Below are positions 10,704-20,832 of a DNA stretch of 64,000 bases, piece by piece; positions within the stretch are counted from its first letter, which is position 1, and each line of letters opens with the position of its first letter. Position numbers and translations under genes: made by a program. The stretch comes from Candidatus Marinacidobacterales bacterium (GTDB lineage Bacteria > Acidobacteriota > Vicinamibacteria > Marinacidobacterales > DATDRI01), in NCBI GenBank assembly GCA_965219415.1, contig CBDCNP010000002.1, forward strand, positions 4,416,001-4,480,000, read 5' to 3'. The notes under the pieces were generated by a model. That model did no database searches and was not told the origin of the DNA. It was given only the letters and a program-made list of their open reading frames with translations.

Positions 10704-10953
10704 CCGTTCCGTGTCGTCGAGCGGTGGGCGTGGGCGCTCTTTCTTCAGCGCCGTCACTTGCTGCCGCAAAGCGACGTTCTCCAACACCAGGTCGGCGCGG
10801 CGCCGACACATCGCCCGAATGACACGGACGCCAAGTGAGACGAGGAAGACAACAACGTCGAGCATAGCGGCGGAGTTTCGCCGTCTTCGGCCCGGAATTC
10901 AAGCGGAGCGTAAGTCCTTGATTGCGTGGGCGGAGCAGTTTTGACGATGCACA
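10704..10953 (-). mobile_element. IS-A left-end stub in tandem with the full copy
   Basis: Repeats the first 250 bp of IS-A directly upstream of the full copy. Confidence 0.92.
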
Positions 10954-11177
10954 CTAGCACGCGAACAGGTTACACGGCGGCCGCCAACACTTGACTGCGG
11001 AAGCACCCATCGGTGCATCGGTTGCGTGTCCTTCATCGTTAATTATTATCGGCACCCTGAGCATCAGCGGGGGAACCGTCCGGCGCAGCGGGCTTCTGGT
11101 CAGGCTCCATCGTTGTCCTCCGCCGTGATTCGGCCACGGGTGCTCCGCGATAGGCGGGGCGCACACGGACTCTACGC
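10954..11177. repeat. Linker: partial H module, D end, 4-bp spacer CATC, G module
   Basis: Matches the corresponding parts of 42383-42676 and 52153-52446. Confidence 0.9.
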
Positions 11178-11325
11178 CGTCCTTGTGCCAAAACTCGGCC
11201 CTTTTGAAATAAACCACAAATCAGCAGCTTAGACGCTCTTGGAATCCGCGCAGAATCCAGGGTATTTCGCGCCGCAGGGCTGACTTCCGACCCATGGGCT
11301 GGCGGATGAATAAATAGAAGGCACA
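11178..11325 (+). mobile_element. Hybrid MITE A-C (about 148 bp)
   Basis: Starts with the A end and finishes with the reverse complement of the C end; copies at 11638, 40558, 60576 and a partial copy at 60837. Confidence 0.9.
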
Positions 11326-11637
11326 CCTGACGTCGATGCCTTGAGCGTCCGATAGTGTTCACCGCGTGAACAATGTTCTCGTTCGGGTTTGCTCGGACGT
11401 CCGCAACCTTGGTCGGCATGGAGGAAAACCACTAAACTATTACTTCTTCCCGGTCTTCTTCGCGGCGTTAAGTTGTTGTATAATCTTGCTGACTCGATTC
11501 ATGTCGCCGCCGCCGATCGCCCGTATGTTGCGGATCGGCACCTTCTCGATGCCGAGTATGGTAATGAGGAGGTTCTCCAGAATCTTCGCCTCGTCGGATT
11601 TGCGCTTTGCCTTCTTCTTTTGCGCCGCTTTCTTCCC

Positions 11638-11786
11638 CGTCCTGTGCCAAAACTCGGCCCTTTTGAAATAGACCACAAATCAGCAGCTTAGACGCCCTTG
11701 GAATCCGCGCAGAATCCAGGGTATTTCGCGCCGCAGGGCTGACTTCCGACCCATGGGGCTGGGCGGATGAATAAATAGAAGGCACA
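11638..11786 (+). mobile_element. Hybrid MITE A-C, direct repeat enclosing a 312-bp insert
   Basis: Near-identical to 11178-11325; the insert holds the 3' end of one small ORF and the 5' end of the next. Confidence 0.9.
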
Positions 11787-11976
11787 ACAACCACCAGAGG
11801 CCTCACAGGGCCTTGGCCTATCGGCCGCCGGTGCCGGAGGCCAAAATCCTCCGATCTCAGGTCAGGAGTCGGGTCCCATGGGGTGGACTTCAGATGGTCC
11901 CGAGTCTAACTTAGTCGATGGATCCGTTGGTGGGGGCAGGTTAGAGCCTCCTGCATCCAGGTACGGCAGACAGACC

Positions 11977-12750
11977 ATGACAATCTCGGCACGTGGCCGC
12001 AAGCTGCTATGGGGACGTTCTGGCAGTCGGTGCGCCATGTGCCGGCGCGAACTGATCATGGATGGCACGTCGGTCGACGACGAATCAATCGTCGGCGACG
12101 AATGTCACATCGTATCCCCGGTTTCCGGCGGCCCCCGACATGATCCCGAATTCCCCCGAGAAAAGCTGAACGACCATGCCAACTTGCTGCTGCTATGCAA
12201 AATCCACCACAAGCTGATCGACGACCAGCAGTCGGAATACACCGCGTCTCGCCTTGCGAAGATCAAGACCGATCACGAAAAATGGGTTTCCGAACAATTG
12301 GATTCGTCCCGCTCGCGAACACAACCTTTGCGCGTCCGCCGGGTTGCGGAAAACACGCCTGCGTTCCTGCGACGCATCCGATCGGGCAAGGAACTTCTCG
12401 ACATCGCCACGAACGCCTGTGCCTTCACTCCTCACTACGACGAGCTCCGAAATGAAGCCGAAGAAGAGCTCGTCGCCGGTTTCTTCCAGGATGTCCAGGA
12501 TTGGGGTGACCTGGGACTGGAATCCGTGCGTGATCGAATACGTGCAGCCCGATCCCTCGACGAGCACATCGGAGAACTCGAACGAGCGGGATTCTGGATC
12601 TTTGGATATCGTGAGAAACAGATCCTCGAAGGCGGAACCGGTCCCAACACCGATTGGCCCATTGCGCACATTCAGGTGCTGCGCGACACCAATCCAGAGA
12701 TCATTGTCCTGGACGATTCCGCGAAAAAGGACGAGCCGGATGCGCCATGA
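11977..12750 (+). CDS. HNH endonuclease (Zn-ribbon type) with unknown C-terminal domain
   Basis: LWGRSGSRCAMC...ECHIV...GPR...NLLLLCKIHHKLID; resembles the HNH module of CBASS Cap5-type effectors. Start moved to ATG 11977. Confidence 0.85.
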   Translation: MTISARGRKLLWGRSGSRCAMCRRELIMDGTSVDDESIVGDECHIVSPVSGGPRHDPEFPREKLNDHANLLLLCKIHHKLIDDQQSEYTASRLAKIKTDHEKWVSEQLDSSRSRTQPLRVRRVAENTPAFLRRIRSGKELLDIATNACAFTPHYDELRNEAEEELVAGFFQDVQDWGDLGLESVRDRIRAARSLDEHIGELERAGFWIFGYREKQILEGGTGPNTDWPIAHIQVLRDTNPEIIVLDDSAKKDEPDAP

Positions 12751-12821
12751 GCCGACGCTGCGCGCGTCCTGCCGATCCGGCGCAATCCCATCTCCGAGAT
12801 CCAGGAGATCCACAAGAGTGC

Positions 12822-12971
12822 TGTGCCTTCTACTTATTCATCCGCGCGCACCGAACTTGATTAGTCTCCAGTCTGCCGGCATCATGCCTGCATGATTTCA
12901 TCGTTTGTTCGCGCTCTCATCTCTGCCTTCAAGGCTCGTCCCGAGCTAGCTCTCGAGAGTGTCGCTCTTCG
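12822..12971 (+). mobile_element. IS-C left-end stub (C end plus start of an rve transposase)
   Basis: MISSFVRALISAFKARPELALE, homologous to the IS-A N-terminus; similar stubs at 28975, 36381 and 56630. Confidence 0.85.
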
Positions 12972-13169
12972 CACGTCTGGAGATTCAGGGTTTAGTCCGG
13001 CATCTGCTGGTAGCCGCTACGGCTCCATTCGCTTTTTCAGACACGACGGGCTCTGGAATGACCCGGTATAGTGTGGGCGGCTCTCGGCCAGTGGTCTCGG
13101 TGAGTTTCGGCTTGGGCGAGGCCCCCCATACCCACCCTTGCCCGTTTTTCCACGAAATCGAGGTGCGTA

Positions 13170-14957
13170 ATGGAGATTCGGAACCTCAACCAGCTTCTCT
13201 CGAACGCGGCGAAGAAGTACGACAAGCCGGACGCCCTCCTGTACAAGAAGAAGGGGGAGTGGCGGCGGATCTCCTCGCGCGAGCTCATCGAAAAGGCAGG
13301 CAACTTGGCACTCGGGCTGAACGGCCTGGGTATCGGCCGGGGCGACAAGGTCACTCTCCTCTCGGAGAACCGCCACGAGTGGTTCATTATCGATGCCTCC
13401 CTCCAGATCCTGGGCGCGGTCAACGTGCCGATCTACGCGACGCTCCCGCCTCCTCAGATCACCTACATCGTCTCGAACTCCGAGTCGAAGGTCGTTATCG
13501 CCTCGACCGCCGACCAGCAAAAGAAAATCGCCGCCATCCGTTCGGACCTCCCTTCGGTCGGACACTACATCACTATCGATCCGCCGACGGACGGCTACCA
13601 GGCGCTCACCCTTGACGAGGTGATGAAACAGGGCCAAGAGAACCGGAGGGCAAAACCCGATCTCGTCGGCGAGCTATCGGATGCGGTCGACTCCGACGAT
13701 CTCGCCAGCATCATCTATACGTCGGGAACGACCGGAGATCCGAAGGGCGTCATGCTCACCCACCGCAACCTGCTCTCGAACGTTGCGGCCAGCCAGAAGG
13801 CGCTCCCGGTCGAGGACACGGACGTTGCGCTCTCGGTGCTTCCCTATAGCCATGTCTTCGAGCGCATGGTGGCGCATTACCTGTACGCCAACGGGGGTGC
13901 CACCGTGGCGCTCGCGGAGGGCCAGGAGAAACTCCTGGAGAACCTCGGTGAGATCCGCCCTACCATCATGACGATGGTGCCTCGGTTCTACGAGAAGGTC
14001 TACGCCGGTGTGATGGAGAAAGTCGCTGCGGGGAGCGCGCTGAAGCAGAAGATCTTTCACTGGGCGGTCGCGATCGGACGCGAGCACGGGAAGTACCGGC
14101 AACGCGGCGAGCCGGCCCCGGCGCTCCTGAACGTCAAATACGCGCTCGCCTCCAGGCTCGCTTTCGCAAAGCTGCACGCCCGCGTCGGCGGCCGGCTGCG
14201 GTTCTTCATCTCGGGCGCGGCCCCGCTCGCGAGAGAGTTCGCAGAGTTCTTCTGGGCGGCGGGGCTGCAGATCCTGGAGGGCTATGGGCTGACGGAAACC
14301 TCGCCGGTCATCTCCGTCAACCGTCCCGATGCCTTCAAGTTCGGGACGGTAGGACAGCCCGTCGAGGGAGTCGAGGTCAGGATCGCGAAGGATGGAGAGA
14401 TCCTGGTCCGTGGGCCCAACGTCATGAAGGGCTACTACAAGAACGAGGCAGCCACTCGAGAGGCCATTGACGAGGACGACTTCTTCCATACCGGTGACGT
14501 AGGGGTTCTCGACTCAGACGGGTTTCTTGCCATCACCGACCGCAAGAAGGACCTCATCGTTACCGCGGGAGGCAAGAACATCGCTCCCCAGCCCATCGAG
14601 GGCCGCGTCAAGACGAACGCTTACATTGCGGAGTTCGTCCTGGTGGGCAACAAGCGGAAGTTCCCGGCAGCGATCGTGGTGCCTGATTTCGAGAAGCTCG
14701 GTGCCTGGTGCAAGGAGCAATCCATCGACGCCTCCGACCGGAACTCGATGACCGGTCATCCCGATGTGATCGCTTTCATGGAGAGCCAAGTACAGTCGAT
14801 GACCTCGCACCTCGCGCAGTTCGAGAAGATCAAGAAGATCACCCTGATAGCAACGGAATTCACTCTGGAGGGCGGGGAGCTGACGCCGACGCTCAAGGTG
14901 AAACGAAAGGTTATCGAGGCCCGTTACAAGGACGTCATCGATCGGATGTACGAGTGA
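13170..14957 (+). CDS. fadD: Long-chain fatty acid-CoA ligase
   Basis: IIYTSGTTGDPKG, EGYGLTETSP, FHTGDVG, DRKKDLIVTAGGKNIAP, ELTPTLKVKR. Confidence 0.92.
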   Translation: MEIRNLNQLLSNAAKKYDKPDALLYKKKGEWRRISSRELIEKAGNLALGLNGLGIGRGDKVTLLSENRHEWFIIDASLQILGAVNVPIYATLPPPQITYIVSNSESKVVIASTADQQKKIAAIRSDLPSVGHYITIDPPTDGYQALTLDEVMKQGQENRRAKPDLVGELSDAVDSDDLASIIYTSGTTGDPKGVMLTHRNLLSNVAASQKALPVEDTDVALSVLPYSHVFERMVAHYLYANGGATVALAEGQEKLLENLGEIRPTIMTMVPRFYEKVYAGVMEKVAAGSALKQKIFHWAVAIGREHGKYRQRGEPAPALLNVKYALASRLAFAKLHARVGGRLRFFISGAAPLAREFAEFFWAAGLQILEGYGLTETSPVISVNRPDAFKFGTVGQPVEGVEVRIAKDGEILVRGPNVMKGYYKNEAATREAIDEDDFFHTGDVGVLDSDGFLAITDRKKDLIVTAGGKNIAPQPIEGRVKTNAYIAEFVLVGNKRKFPAAIVVPDFEKLGAWCKEQSIDASDRNSMTGHPDVIAFMESQVQSMTSHLAQFEKIKKITLIATEFTLEGGELTPTLKVKRKVIEARYKDVIDRMYE

Positions 14958-14959
14958 CG

Positions 14960-15028
14960 ATGTCCGGCTACGAGACCGTCATCGGCCTCGAGCTCCACGC
15001 TCAGCTCAGGACAGAGACCAAGCTTTTC
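14960..15028 (+). pseudogene. gatB: 5' stub of Asp/Glu-tRNA amidotransferase subunit B
   Basis: MSGYETVIGLELHAQLRTETKLF is the characteristic GatB N-terminus; similarity stops abruptly. Confidence 0.85.
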
Positions 15029-15066
15029 TGAGGGGTTTACGTGAAGAAGAAACTGGCGATTCCCGC

Positions 15067-15422
15067 TGTGCATCGTCAAAACTGCTCCGCCCACGAAATC
15101 AAGGACTTACGCTCCGCTTGAATTCCGGGCCGAAGACGGCGAAACTCCGCCGTTATGCTCGACGTTGTTGTCTTCCTCGTCTCACTTGGCGTCCGTGTCA
15201 TTCGGGCGATGTGTCGGCGCCGCGCCGACCTGGTGTTGGAGAACGTCGCTTTGCGGCAGCAAGTGACGGCGCTGAAGAAAGAGCGCCCACGCCCACCGCT
15301 CGAAGACACGGAACGGGCTTTCTGGGTTGCTCTTCGAGGTTCGTGGCCCGTGTGGGCGAGCCGCCTGCTCATCGTCCACGCGGACACCGTGGCCCGTTGG
15401 CATCGCGACCGATTCCGACGGT
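15067..15422 (+). mobile_element. IS-A left-end stub in tandem with the full copy
   Basis: First 356 bp of IS-A, abutting the full copy. Confidence 0.92.
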
Positions 15423-16708
15423 TGTGCATCGGTCAAAACTGCTCCGCCCACGAAATCAAGGACTTACGCTCCGCTTGAATTCCGGGCCGAAGACGGCGAA
15501 ACTCCGCCGTTATGCTCAACGTTGTTGTCTTCCTCGTCTCACTTGGCGTCCGTGTCATTCGGGCGATGTGTCGGCGCCGCGCCGACCTGGTGTTGGAGAA
15601 CGTCGCTTTGCGGCAGCAAGTGACGGCGCTGAAGAAAGAGCGCCCACGCCCACCGCTCGAAGACACGGAACGGGCTTTCTGGGTTGCTCTTCGAGGTTCG
15701 TGGCCCGTGTGGGCGAGCCGCCTGCTCATCGTCCACGCGGACACCGTGGCCCGTTGGCATCGCGACCGATTCCGACGGTACTGGGCAAAGATCTCGCAGC
15801 GCCGCCATCCCGGTCGGCCTCGGATTGATGCCGAGATTCGCCGCCTCGTCCGCACGATGGCGCAAGACGGCTGGGGGGCGCCACGCATCCATGCTGAGCT
15901 CACCAAACTCGGTTTCATCATCTCCGAGATTACGGTGTCGCGATACCTGCCGCGGCGTCCCGCGGAGCCCGACCAGCTGAAGCGATGGATGGCTTTCTTG
16001 CGCAACCATAAAGACGATATCGCCGCCATGGATCTGTTCACCGTGCCCACCGCGTCGCTCCGGCTGCTGTACGGCTTCTTCGTCATCGAGCACGGCCGTC
16101 GGCACATCGTTCACTTCAACGCCACCTTCCACCCGACGTCTGCTTGGGTTATTCAGCAACTGCGTGAGGTGTTTCCCTACGACACCGCTCCGAAATATCT
16201 CATCTTCGATCGCGACTTCATCTTTAGCGCTGCGGTCATCGAGTTCATCAAGGCAACGGGCACAAAACCCGTTCGCACTTCGTTTCGCAGCCCATGGCAA
16301 AACGGAACCGCGGAGCGGTGGGTCGGCAGCTGCCGTCGCGAGCTCCTTGAGCACGTCGTGGTTCTCGGCGCATGTCATCTCATCCGGCTCGTGCGAGCTT
16401 ACATCAGCTACTATCATGAGGACCGTTGCCACTTGGGGCTGAACAAGGACACACCGAGCTTGAGAGCGGTCACGCACCGACCGTCTCCTACGGCGAAAGT
16501 CGTCGCGCTGCCTCGAGTCGGTGGACTGCACCATCGATACGAGTGGCGAGAGGCAGCCTGAGTCAGCTTGGTCGCTCGCGCTACTCGGCTGGTCGCCGAG
16601 AAGTTCGTCCTCAGAACCTTCCCTCGCGCGCTGACCACGCTCTCCAGCATGAGCTCGAGGGCAGTCCGGGCCTAGAGTCCAGTCCCGGACAAATAATGAT
16701 GATGGACA
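15423..16708 (+). mobile_element. IS-A full copy
   Basis: Both TGT...ACA ends; right end abuts the interior of an A module (CCATAAATCAGCAGCTTAG). Confidence 0.95.
15512..16561 (+). CDS. rve integrase-core transposase, 349 aa
   Basis: Near-identical to 9566-10615. Confidence 0.93.
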   Translation: MLNVVVFLVSLGVRVIRAMCRRRADLVLENVALRQQVTALKKERPRPPLEDTERAFWVALRGSWPVWASRLLIVHADTVARWHRDRFRRYWAKISQRRHPGRPRIDAEIRRLVRTMAQDGWGAPRIHAELTKLGFIISEITVSRYLPRRPAEPDQLKRWMAFLRNHKDDIAAMDLFTVPTASLRLLYGFFVIEHGRRHIVHFNATFHPTSAWVIQQLREVFPYDTAPKYLIFDRDFIFSAAVIEFIKATGTKPVRTSFRSPWQNGTAERWVGSCRRELLEHVVVLGACHLIRLVRAYISYYHEDRCHLGLNKDTPSLRAVTHRPSPTAKVVALPRVGGLHHRYEWREAA

Positions 16709-16887
16709 CCATAAATCAGCAGCTTAGTGTCTGTGTTTGAGATTCTTGAGTGCGCCTGCAGGCCCCGGTGGTCCGCGCCCCCTGGACCGAGCTCTCGCGG
16801 CACTTTCAGACAGCATAGCATCGCAGCTTTGCTCGATAGGAGCGGATCGGACTCAAGCAGTGCGTCGAGTGTAATCGAGGATAGAGA

Positions 16888-16929
16888 TTGTGGTCCTATT
16901 TCAAAACGGCCGAGTTTTGGCACAGGACG
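16888..16929 (-). repeat. A end (reverse)
   Basis: ...CGAGTTTTGGCACAGGACG, about 21 bp from the helicase stop codon. Confidence 0.88.
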
Positions 16930-16950
16930 GGCAATCATGCAGCAAAACCC

Positions 16951-19134
16951 CTATTCTCGGGACAGGGCCGCTTTAACGGCGGTCCATCGCTGATCACTCC
17001 GCTGGAGCTCCCTTACATTCCTGCCCGCAAGCCAGGATTTGAAATACGGCAGGTTAAACAAGTCCAGGGTAACGCGCTTGCGGCACGTCTCTGGAAGGAG
17101 TCGATGATAGGGTCCGGGCGCCAAAGTAGCTTCCACAGATTCGAATAGTGATTCCACTATTTCAAGCAGGCGTCTTTCGCACGAGGCAGCTCTCTGTTGC
17201 TGGTCGTTGGATGGGTGGCCCGCAACTGCAAGTCCGCCCAATCCCGCCAAGGGCCGAAGAGACGGCAGGAGGCTCAACAGTACAGTCTCGTATGCGCTGC
17301 CACCAAAATGCAGCCAGATGGAATCTCCGTCGAGTGAAACAATCGGCGCGTCTGATTCTTGGAAGCCCAGACCGCGCCGCACGTGAACGGCATACTCAAA
17401 TGGCGTTGGCGCTTTGCGGTCCGCATACCGAAATCCCTGGCGTGGTCGGTCCACTCTATGGGCGGTTAGAAGTATTTCGCCATCTACGTAGCGCGCGTTC
17501 CATACTTGGCCGCCCAACGCAAGACCCTTGTCGATGTCAGGTCGCTGCGCAACGTGAGCGATCACTTCACCGGTGCTGGAGTCCACGACCGGGACACCGG
17601 TTGCTGACGATTCCAGGTTGGCGTGCATGCCGCTCGAACCCTCAGCGAAAGCGTCGGCCCAGAGCTCTCCAAGGGTCAGTCGCCTCATATGTTCTTCGAG
17701 ATAATCTGTTCCGAGCAGTCTTTGGATTATCTCCTCAGCGGTTTGGGGAGTCGCCTCGGGCCACACATCCTGTGCCAATTTCAACAAGTCTTCGAACCGA
17801 CGACCTCGCGGGCGGCCTTGGGCGATAAAACTGGCGGTCTGCTGGATGAACACGGACCAGCGCCGGGCGTAACTTTTCGGCTCCAGCATCCCGTCTCGTG
17901 CAGACACAAGCATGGACGCAAAAGCGGCACGCTCCATTTCGGTGCGCGGCAGGGCGAGCACTCTTGTACGCCCGATCCTCCGGCCCGCGCGTCCAATACG
18001 TTGCAGCAGAGAATGCGTTCCGGACGGTGCACCGACCAAGGCCACGAGATCCACATCCCCGATATCCACACCCACTTCCAGAGTAGTCGTCGTCACCAGC
18101 ACGACATCGCGAGCCGACGAAAACGTCTGCTCTGCCTGCTGTCTTCTATCGCGGTTCAGGCTACCGTGGTGAGCGAGCACACGGATGTCGCGACGGTGTG
18201 GGAGAGTCGCCGACAGGTGCGCCGAAAGTAAGTCGCAAAGCTTGCGGGTTGGGACGAACACGAGAATCTTGCGCATCATCTCGGAATCGACGCCCGACAA
18301 CGCCAGCCAAAGACGGTACTCGACGCTCTCGCCCAAGTTTTCCGGCGGGACCGGCCCGAGACGCCGTTTCAACGTCGATGCGGTATCGTCAGCCATTAGC
18401 TGGACCCAATGCGGTTCACCGGACGTATCAAAGATATCAATCTCTCTTGTGCCGGCGACCCGTACAGCCACGGCCCGGGGACTGAGCAATCGTTTCGCCA
18501 GCGCATCAGGATCACTTACGGTCGCACTGGCAGCGCAGACCTGGAGCCGGCCGTCCTCGCCAAATTCTTCGTCCATTAACAACTGCCTGAGGCGCCGCAA
18601 CCGGGCTAGCAGCCAGCATAGCTGGTCGCCTCTCGCTGTGCCGTCGAACAAGTGCGCTTCGTCGACGAAGACCGCACTTACGCCCGCGAGGAGATGCCCC
18701 GTGAGTCTTCCGCCTGTGACTGTTCCGTCACGTACGAGCATCGAGTCGAAAGACTCTGGGGTCGTGATTAATGTAAACGGCCGTCTTGCTTTGTTCCGGT
18801 GATCGCTCGTCTGACGCCCACAGCTCAAATCCATCCGCGTCAGCGGGTCGTCGAGGCGCGCTGCGAGATCGTTGACCAACGCTCGTGTCGGCGCTACAAC
18901 GAGCAGCCGGACCGCTCCCACCCTTGGGATACCAAGGTTGAGGATGCGAGCGAGCAACGGCGCCATGATCGCCTCGGTCTTTCCGGACGCTGTCGCAGAC
19001 GTAACGAGGGTGTCTCGCCCCGCGTAGATCTGGATTGTAGCCTCCCGTTGGACCTCCCGCAGTCTCCAAAACTTGCCGAAGAAAGCCCATCCAACGGGGC
19101 CTAAGTGGTCGACGATCTCGGCGTCAGTCGCCAT
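16951..19134 (-). CDS. Lhr-like DEAH helicase (BrxHI-like)
   Basis: SATASGKTEA, TTPES, DEAH, SAT, HHGSL, TLEVGVDIGDVD, QRIGRAGR. Confidence 0.9.
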   Translation of the reverse strand: MATDAEIVDHLGPVGWAFFGKFWRLREVQREATIQIYAGRDTLVTSATASGKTEAIMAPLLARILNLGIPRVGAVRLLVVAPTRALVNDLAARLDDPLTRMDLSCGRQTSDHRNKARRPFTLITTPESFDSMLVRDGTVTGGRLTGHLLAGVSAVFVDEAHLFDGTARGDQLCWLLARLRRLRQLLMDEEFGEDGRLQVCAASATVSDPDALAKRLLSPRAVAVRVAGTREIDIFDTSGEPHWVQLMADDTASTLKRRLGPVPPENLGESVEYRLWLALSGVDSEMMRKILVFVPTRKLCDLLSAHLSATLPHRRDIRVLAHHGSLNRDRRQQAEQTFSSARDVVLVTTTTLEVGVDIGDVDLVALVGAPSGTHSLLQRIGRAGRRIGRTRVLALPRTEMERAAFASMLVSARDGMLEPKSYARRWSVFIQQTASFIAQGRPRGRRFEDLLKLAQDVWPEATPQTAEEIIQRLLGTDYLEEHMRRLTLGELWADAFAEGSSGMHANLESSATGVPVVDSSTGEVIAHVAQRPDIDKGLALGGQVWNARYVDGEILLTAHRVDRPRQGFRYADRKAPTPFEYAVHVRRGLGFQESDAPIVSLDGDSIWLHFGGSAYETVLLSLLPSLRPLAGLGGLAVAGHPSNDQQQRAASCERRLLEIVESLFESVEATLAPGPYHRLLPETCRKRVTLDLFNLPYFKSWLAGRNVRELQRSDQRWTAVKAALSRE

Positions 19135-19158
19135 CTCTCACAGAACGCCAGGCTTGCA

Positions 19159-20547
19159 TCAAGCTGTCTTCTCCTGGTTTAGCAAAACTGGCGCAACATC
19201 AAGCAGCTCAAGGGTCCGGCGTAAGAAGTTACGCGGGACTGGACTGCTCACGTTCTTCAAATAGGATTCAGCATGTGCGTCGAGCATCTCCGTGAGCCTA
19301 TTCCGGTCAATCGCCGTCATGTGCTCAGGATATGCGCGCCCATAGAGGTCGAGGATCCTGCATGCGAGCCCACGCATTTGATGAAGGTTAGGTTGTGGAG
19401 CTTGGATGATCTCCAAACCAGACTCGCCGATCTGCCGCGTCAGGTCGCGAACCGGGTCGTCGTGCTCCGAGACGTCCCCGCTGCCAGGTGCGCTACCGAA
19501 TGCGACGACGAGAGGCAACTTACTCCTAAGGTGCTCGTGCAAAGCTAACAAGAGAGTTGTCCGCCGTCTGCGTTCCTCTCGCCGCGCCGCGGCCCAGCCA
19601 ATCGTGCTTGCGTACTCAACATCCACTTCGTCGACAATTAACACCAACCCCTTAGCTCCGGTCTGCGTGACAAGCTCCGTCCATCCCTGGACATGCTCGA
19701 AGAAACGGCCCGCGCGCTCACTGACGCTCCTGACATCTAATGATGGCAGCCTCGCTCGCAGATGCCCGAGTCTAGAAAGTCTTTGATTAGCCTGTGTAGC
19801 CGACAAACTAAGCGTGAAATAGTCTTCGAGAGCCAGCAGGACCTCTGGCTCGTCAAGTGCCCGCTCGGGCACTGCAGAGATTGCGTTTGCGATCCTAATT
19901 CCACCAGGATAGCGAGGTTTCCATCGAATCTTGGAGCGGCGTAATTCCTTAAGCCTGCTGCCGATACCGCAGGGCACAGGCTCTCCAGGATACCTGAGTG
20001 AGCTGAGGAAAGCCTTCATCAGCTCCTTGGGATCTGATAGCCTCACTCCGTCGCCATCAAGAATGACGGAGCTTGTCGCCATTCCCTGGATTGCTGCGAT
20101 GGCATTGAGCATCGTCAACAGGTGAGTCTTCCCACTGCCCCAAGCACCCTCGACTAGGATGGCGCTCGCTTGCTGTTGAACAGCACCCAAGACGACGGCC
20201 TGGAGTTTCTCCTTTACCTCCTCAGTTCCTACGCTGAGCGAGAGTACATGCCGTTCGAGGACTTGGCCGAGTCTGAGCGCCAGCAGGCCACGCCGCGCAT
20301 CCATCATGTCTTCTGGCAACGACGACGAGGCCTGGGATGTTTCCCGAACTCCGCCCCTTGGGTCTTGCGAAACGGGTGGCGAGACATCTAGTTCATCAGA
20401 CCTTTTCTCTCCAAGTTCGACTGCCGATACCCAATCCACCATGTAACCGAAGTCCACGTTCGCGCCAGCCTGTCCGCCCTTCGTGTAAATGGCGACGACT
20501 GTGCCCTCGCCGAGCGATGGATGTAGGACCTTGTCGCCAGCCTTCAT
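19159..20547 (-). CDS. P-loop ATPase, DUF2791/BrxD-like
   Basis: ALRLGQV...LSVG, GAWGSGKTH Walker A, GLVLIVDEVD Walker B; adjacent to an Lhr-like helicase. Confidence 0.8.
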   Translation of the reverse strand: MKAGDKVLHPSLGEGTVVAIYTKGGQAGANVDFGYMVDWVSAVELGEKRSDELDVSPPVSQDPRGGVRETSQASSSLPEDMMDARRGLLALRLGQVLERHVLSLSVGTEEVKEKLQAVVLGAVQQQASAILVEGAWGSGKTHLLTMLNAIAAIQGMATSSVILDGDGVRLSDPKELMKAFLSSLRYPGEPVPCGIGSRLKELRRSKIRWKPRYPGGIRIANAISAVPERALDEPEVLLALEDYFTLSLSATQANQRLSRLGHLRARLPSLDVRSVSERAGRFFEHVQGWTELVTQTGAKGLVLIVDEVDVEYASTIGWAAARREERRRRTTLLLALHEHLRSKLPLVVAFGSAPGSGDVSEHDDPVRDLTRQIGESGLEIIQAPQPNLHQMRGLACRILDLYGRAYPEHMTAIDRNRLTEMLDAHAESYLKNVSSPVPRNFLRRTLELLDVAPVLLNQEKTA

Positions 20548-20832
20548 GGCTCAAAGTCATCAGAGTCGGCGCGACGCAGCGAATCGAAGGAGCCCTGGTA
20601 ACGCCGGGATAGTTCATCCGGATCAAACTTCCGCTCACCTGTGACGTTTTGTAACTCAAGAAGGCTTACCCAGGTTTTCACATAGAGCCGTCGCGCATCA
20701 ACGTCGAGGTTCCGTTCGGCGGCAATCGCGGCCAAACGAGTCGCATTTTCTGCCTGCATGTCGGAATCGAACTCGCGCCCGGTGGCCAGGGAACCGACGT
20801 TGATCAGCTTCTGCCCGATGGCGGCGAGCAGC
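20544..20832 (-). pseudogene. 3' remnant of an upstream operon gene (possibly a second DUF2791-like ATPase), cut by IS5
   Basis: Frame is open up to the IS5 end (LLAAIGQKL...RRLYVKTWVSLL); ATGA overlap with the ATPase. Confidence 0.6.

Noticed and set aside
11200-11235. Promoter in the A module (TTGAAA as -35)
   Set aside because: No convincing -10 hexamer at 16-18 bp spacing.
11178-11786. Direct repeats with a unique insert as a CRISPR array
   Set aside because: Repeats are about 148 bp, irregularly spaced, elsewhere in both orientations, derived from IS ends, and no cas genes are present.
16583-16591. ACTCGGCTG in the IS-A 3' UTR matching the A|IS-A junction, as a possible guide RNA
   Set aside because: Only 9 nt, sequestered in a hairpin stem (CTCGGC/GCCGAG), and other IS-A junctions do not match.
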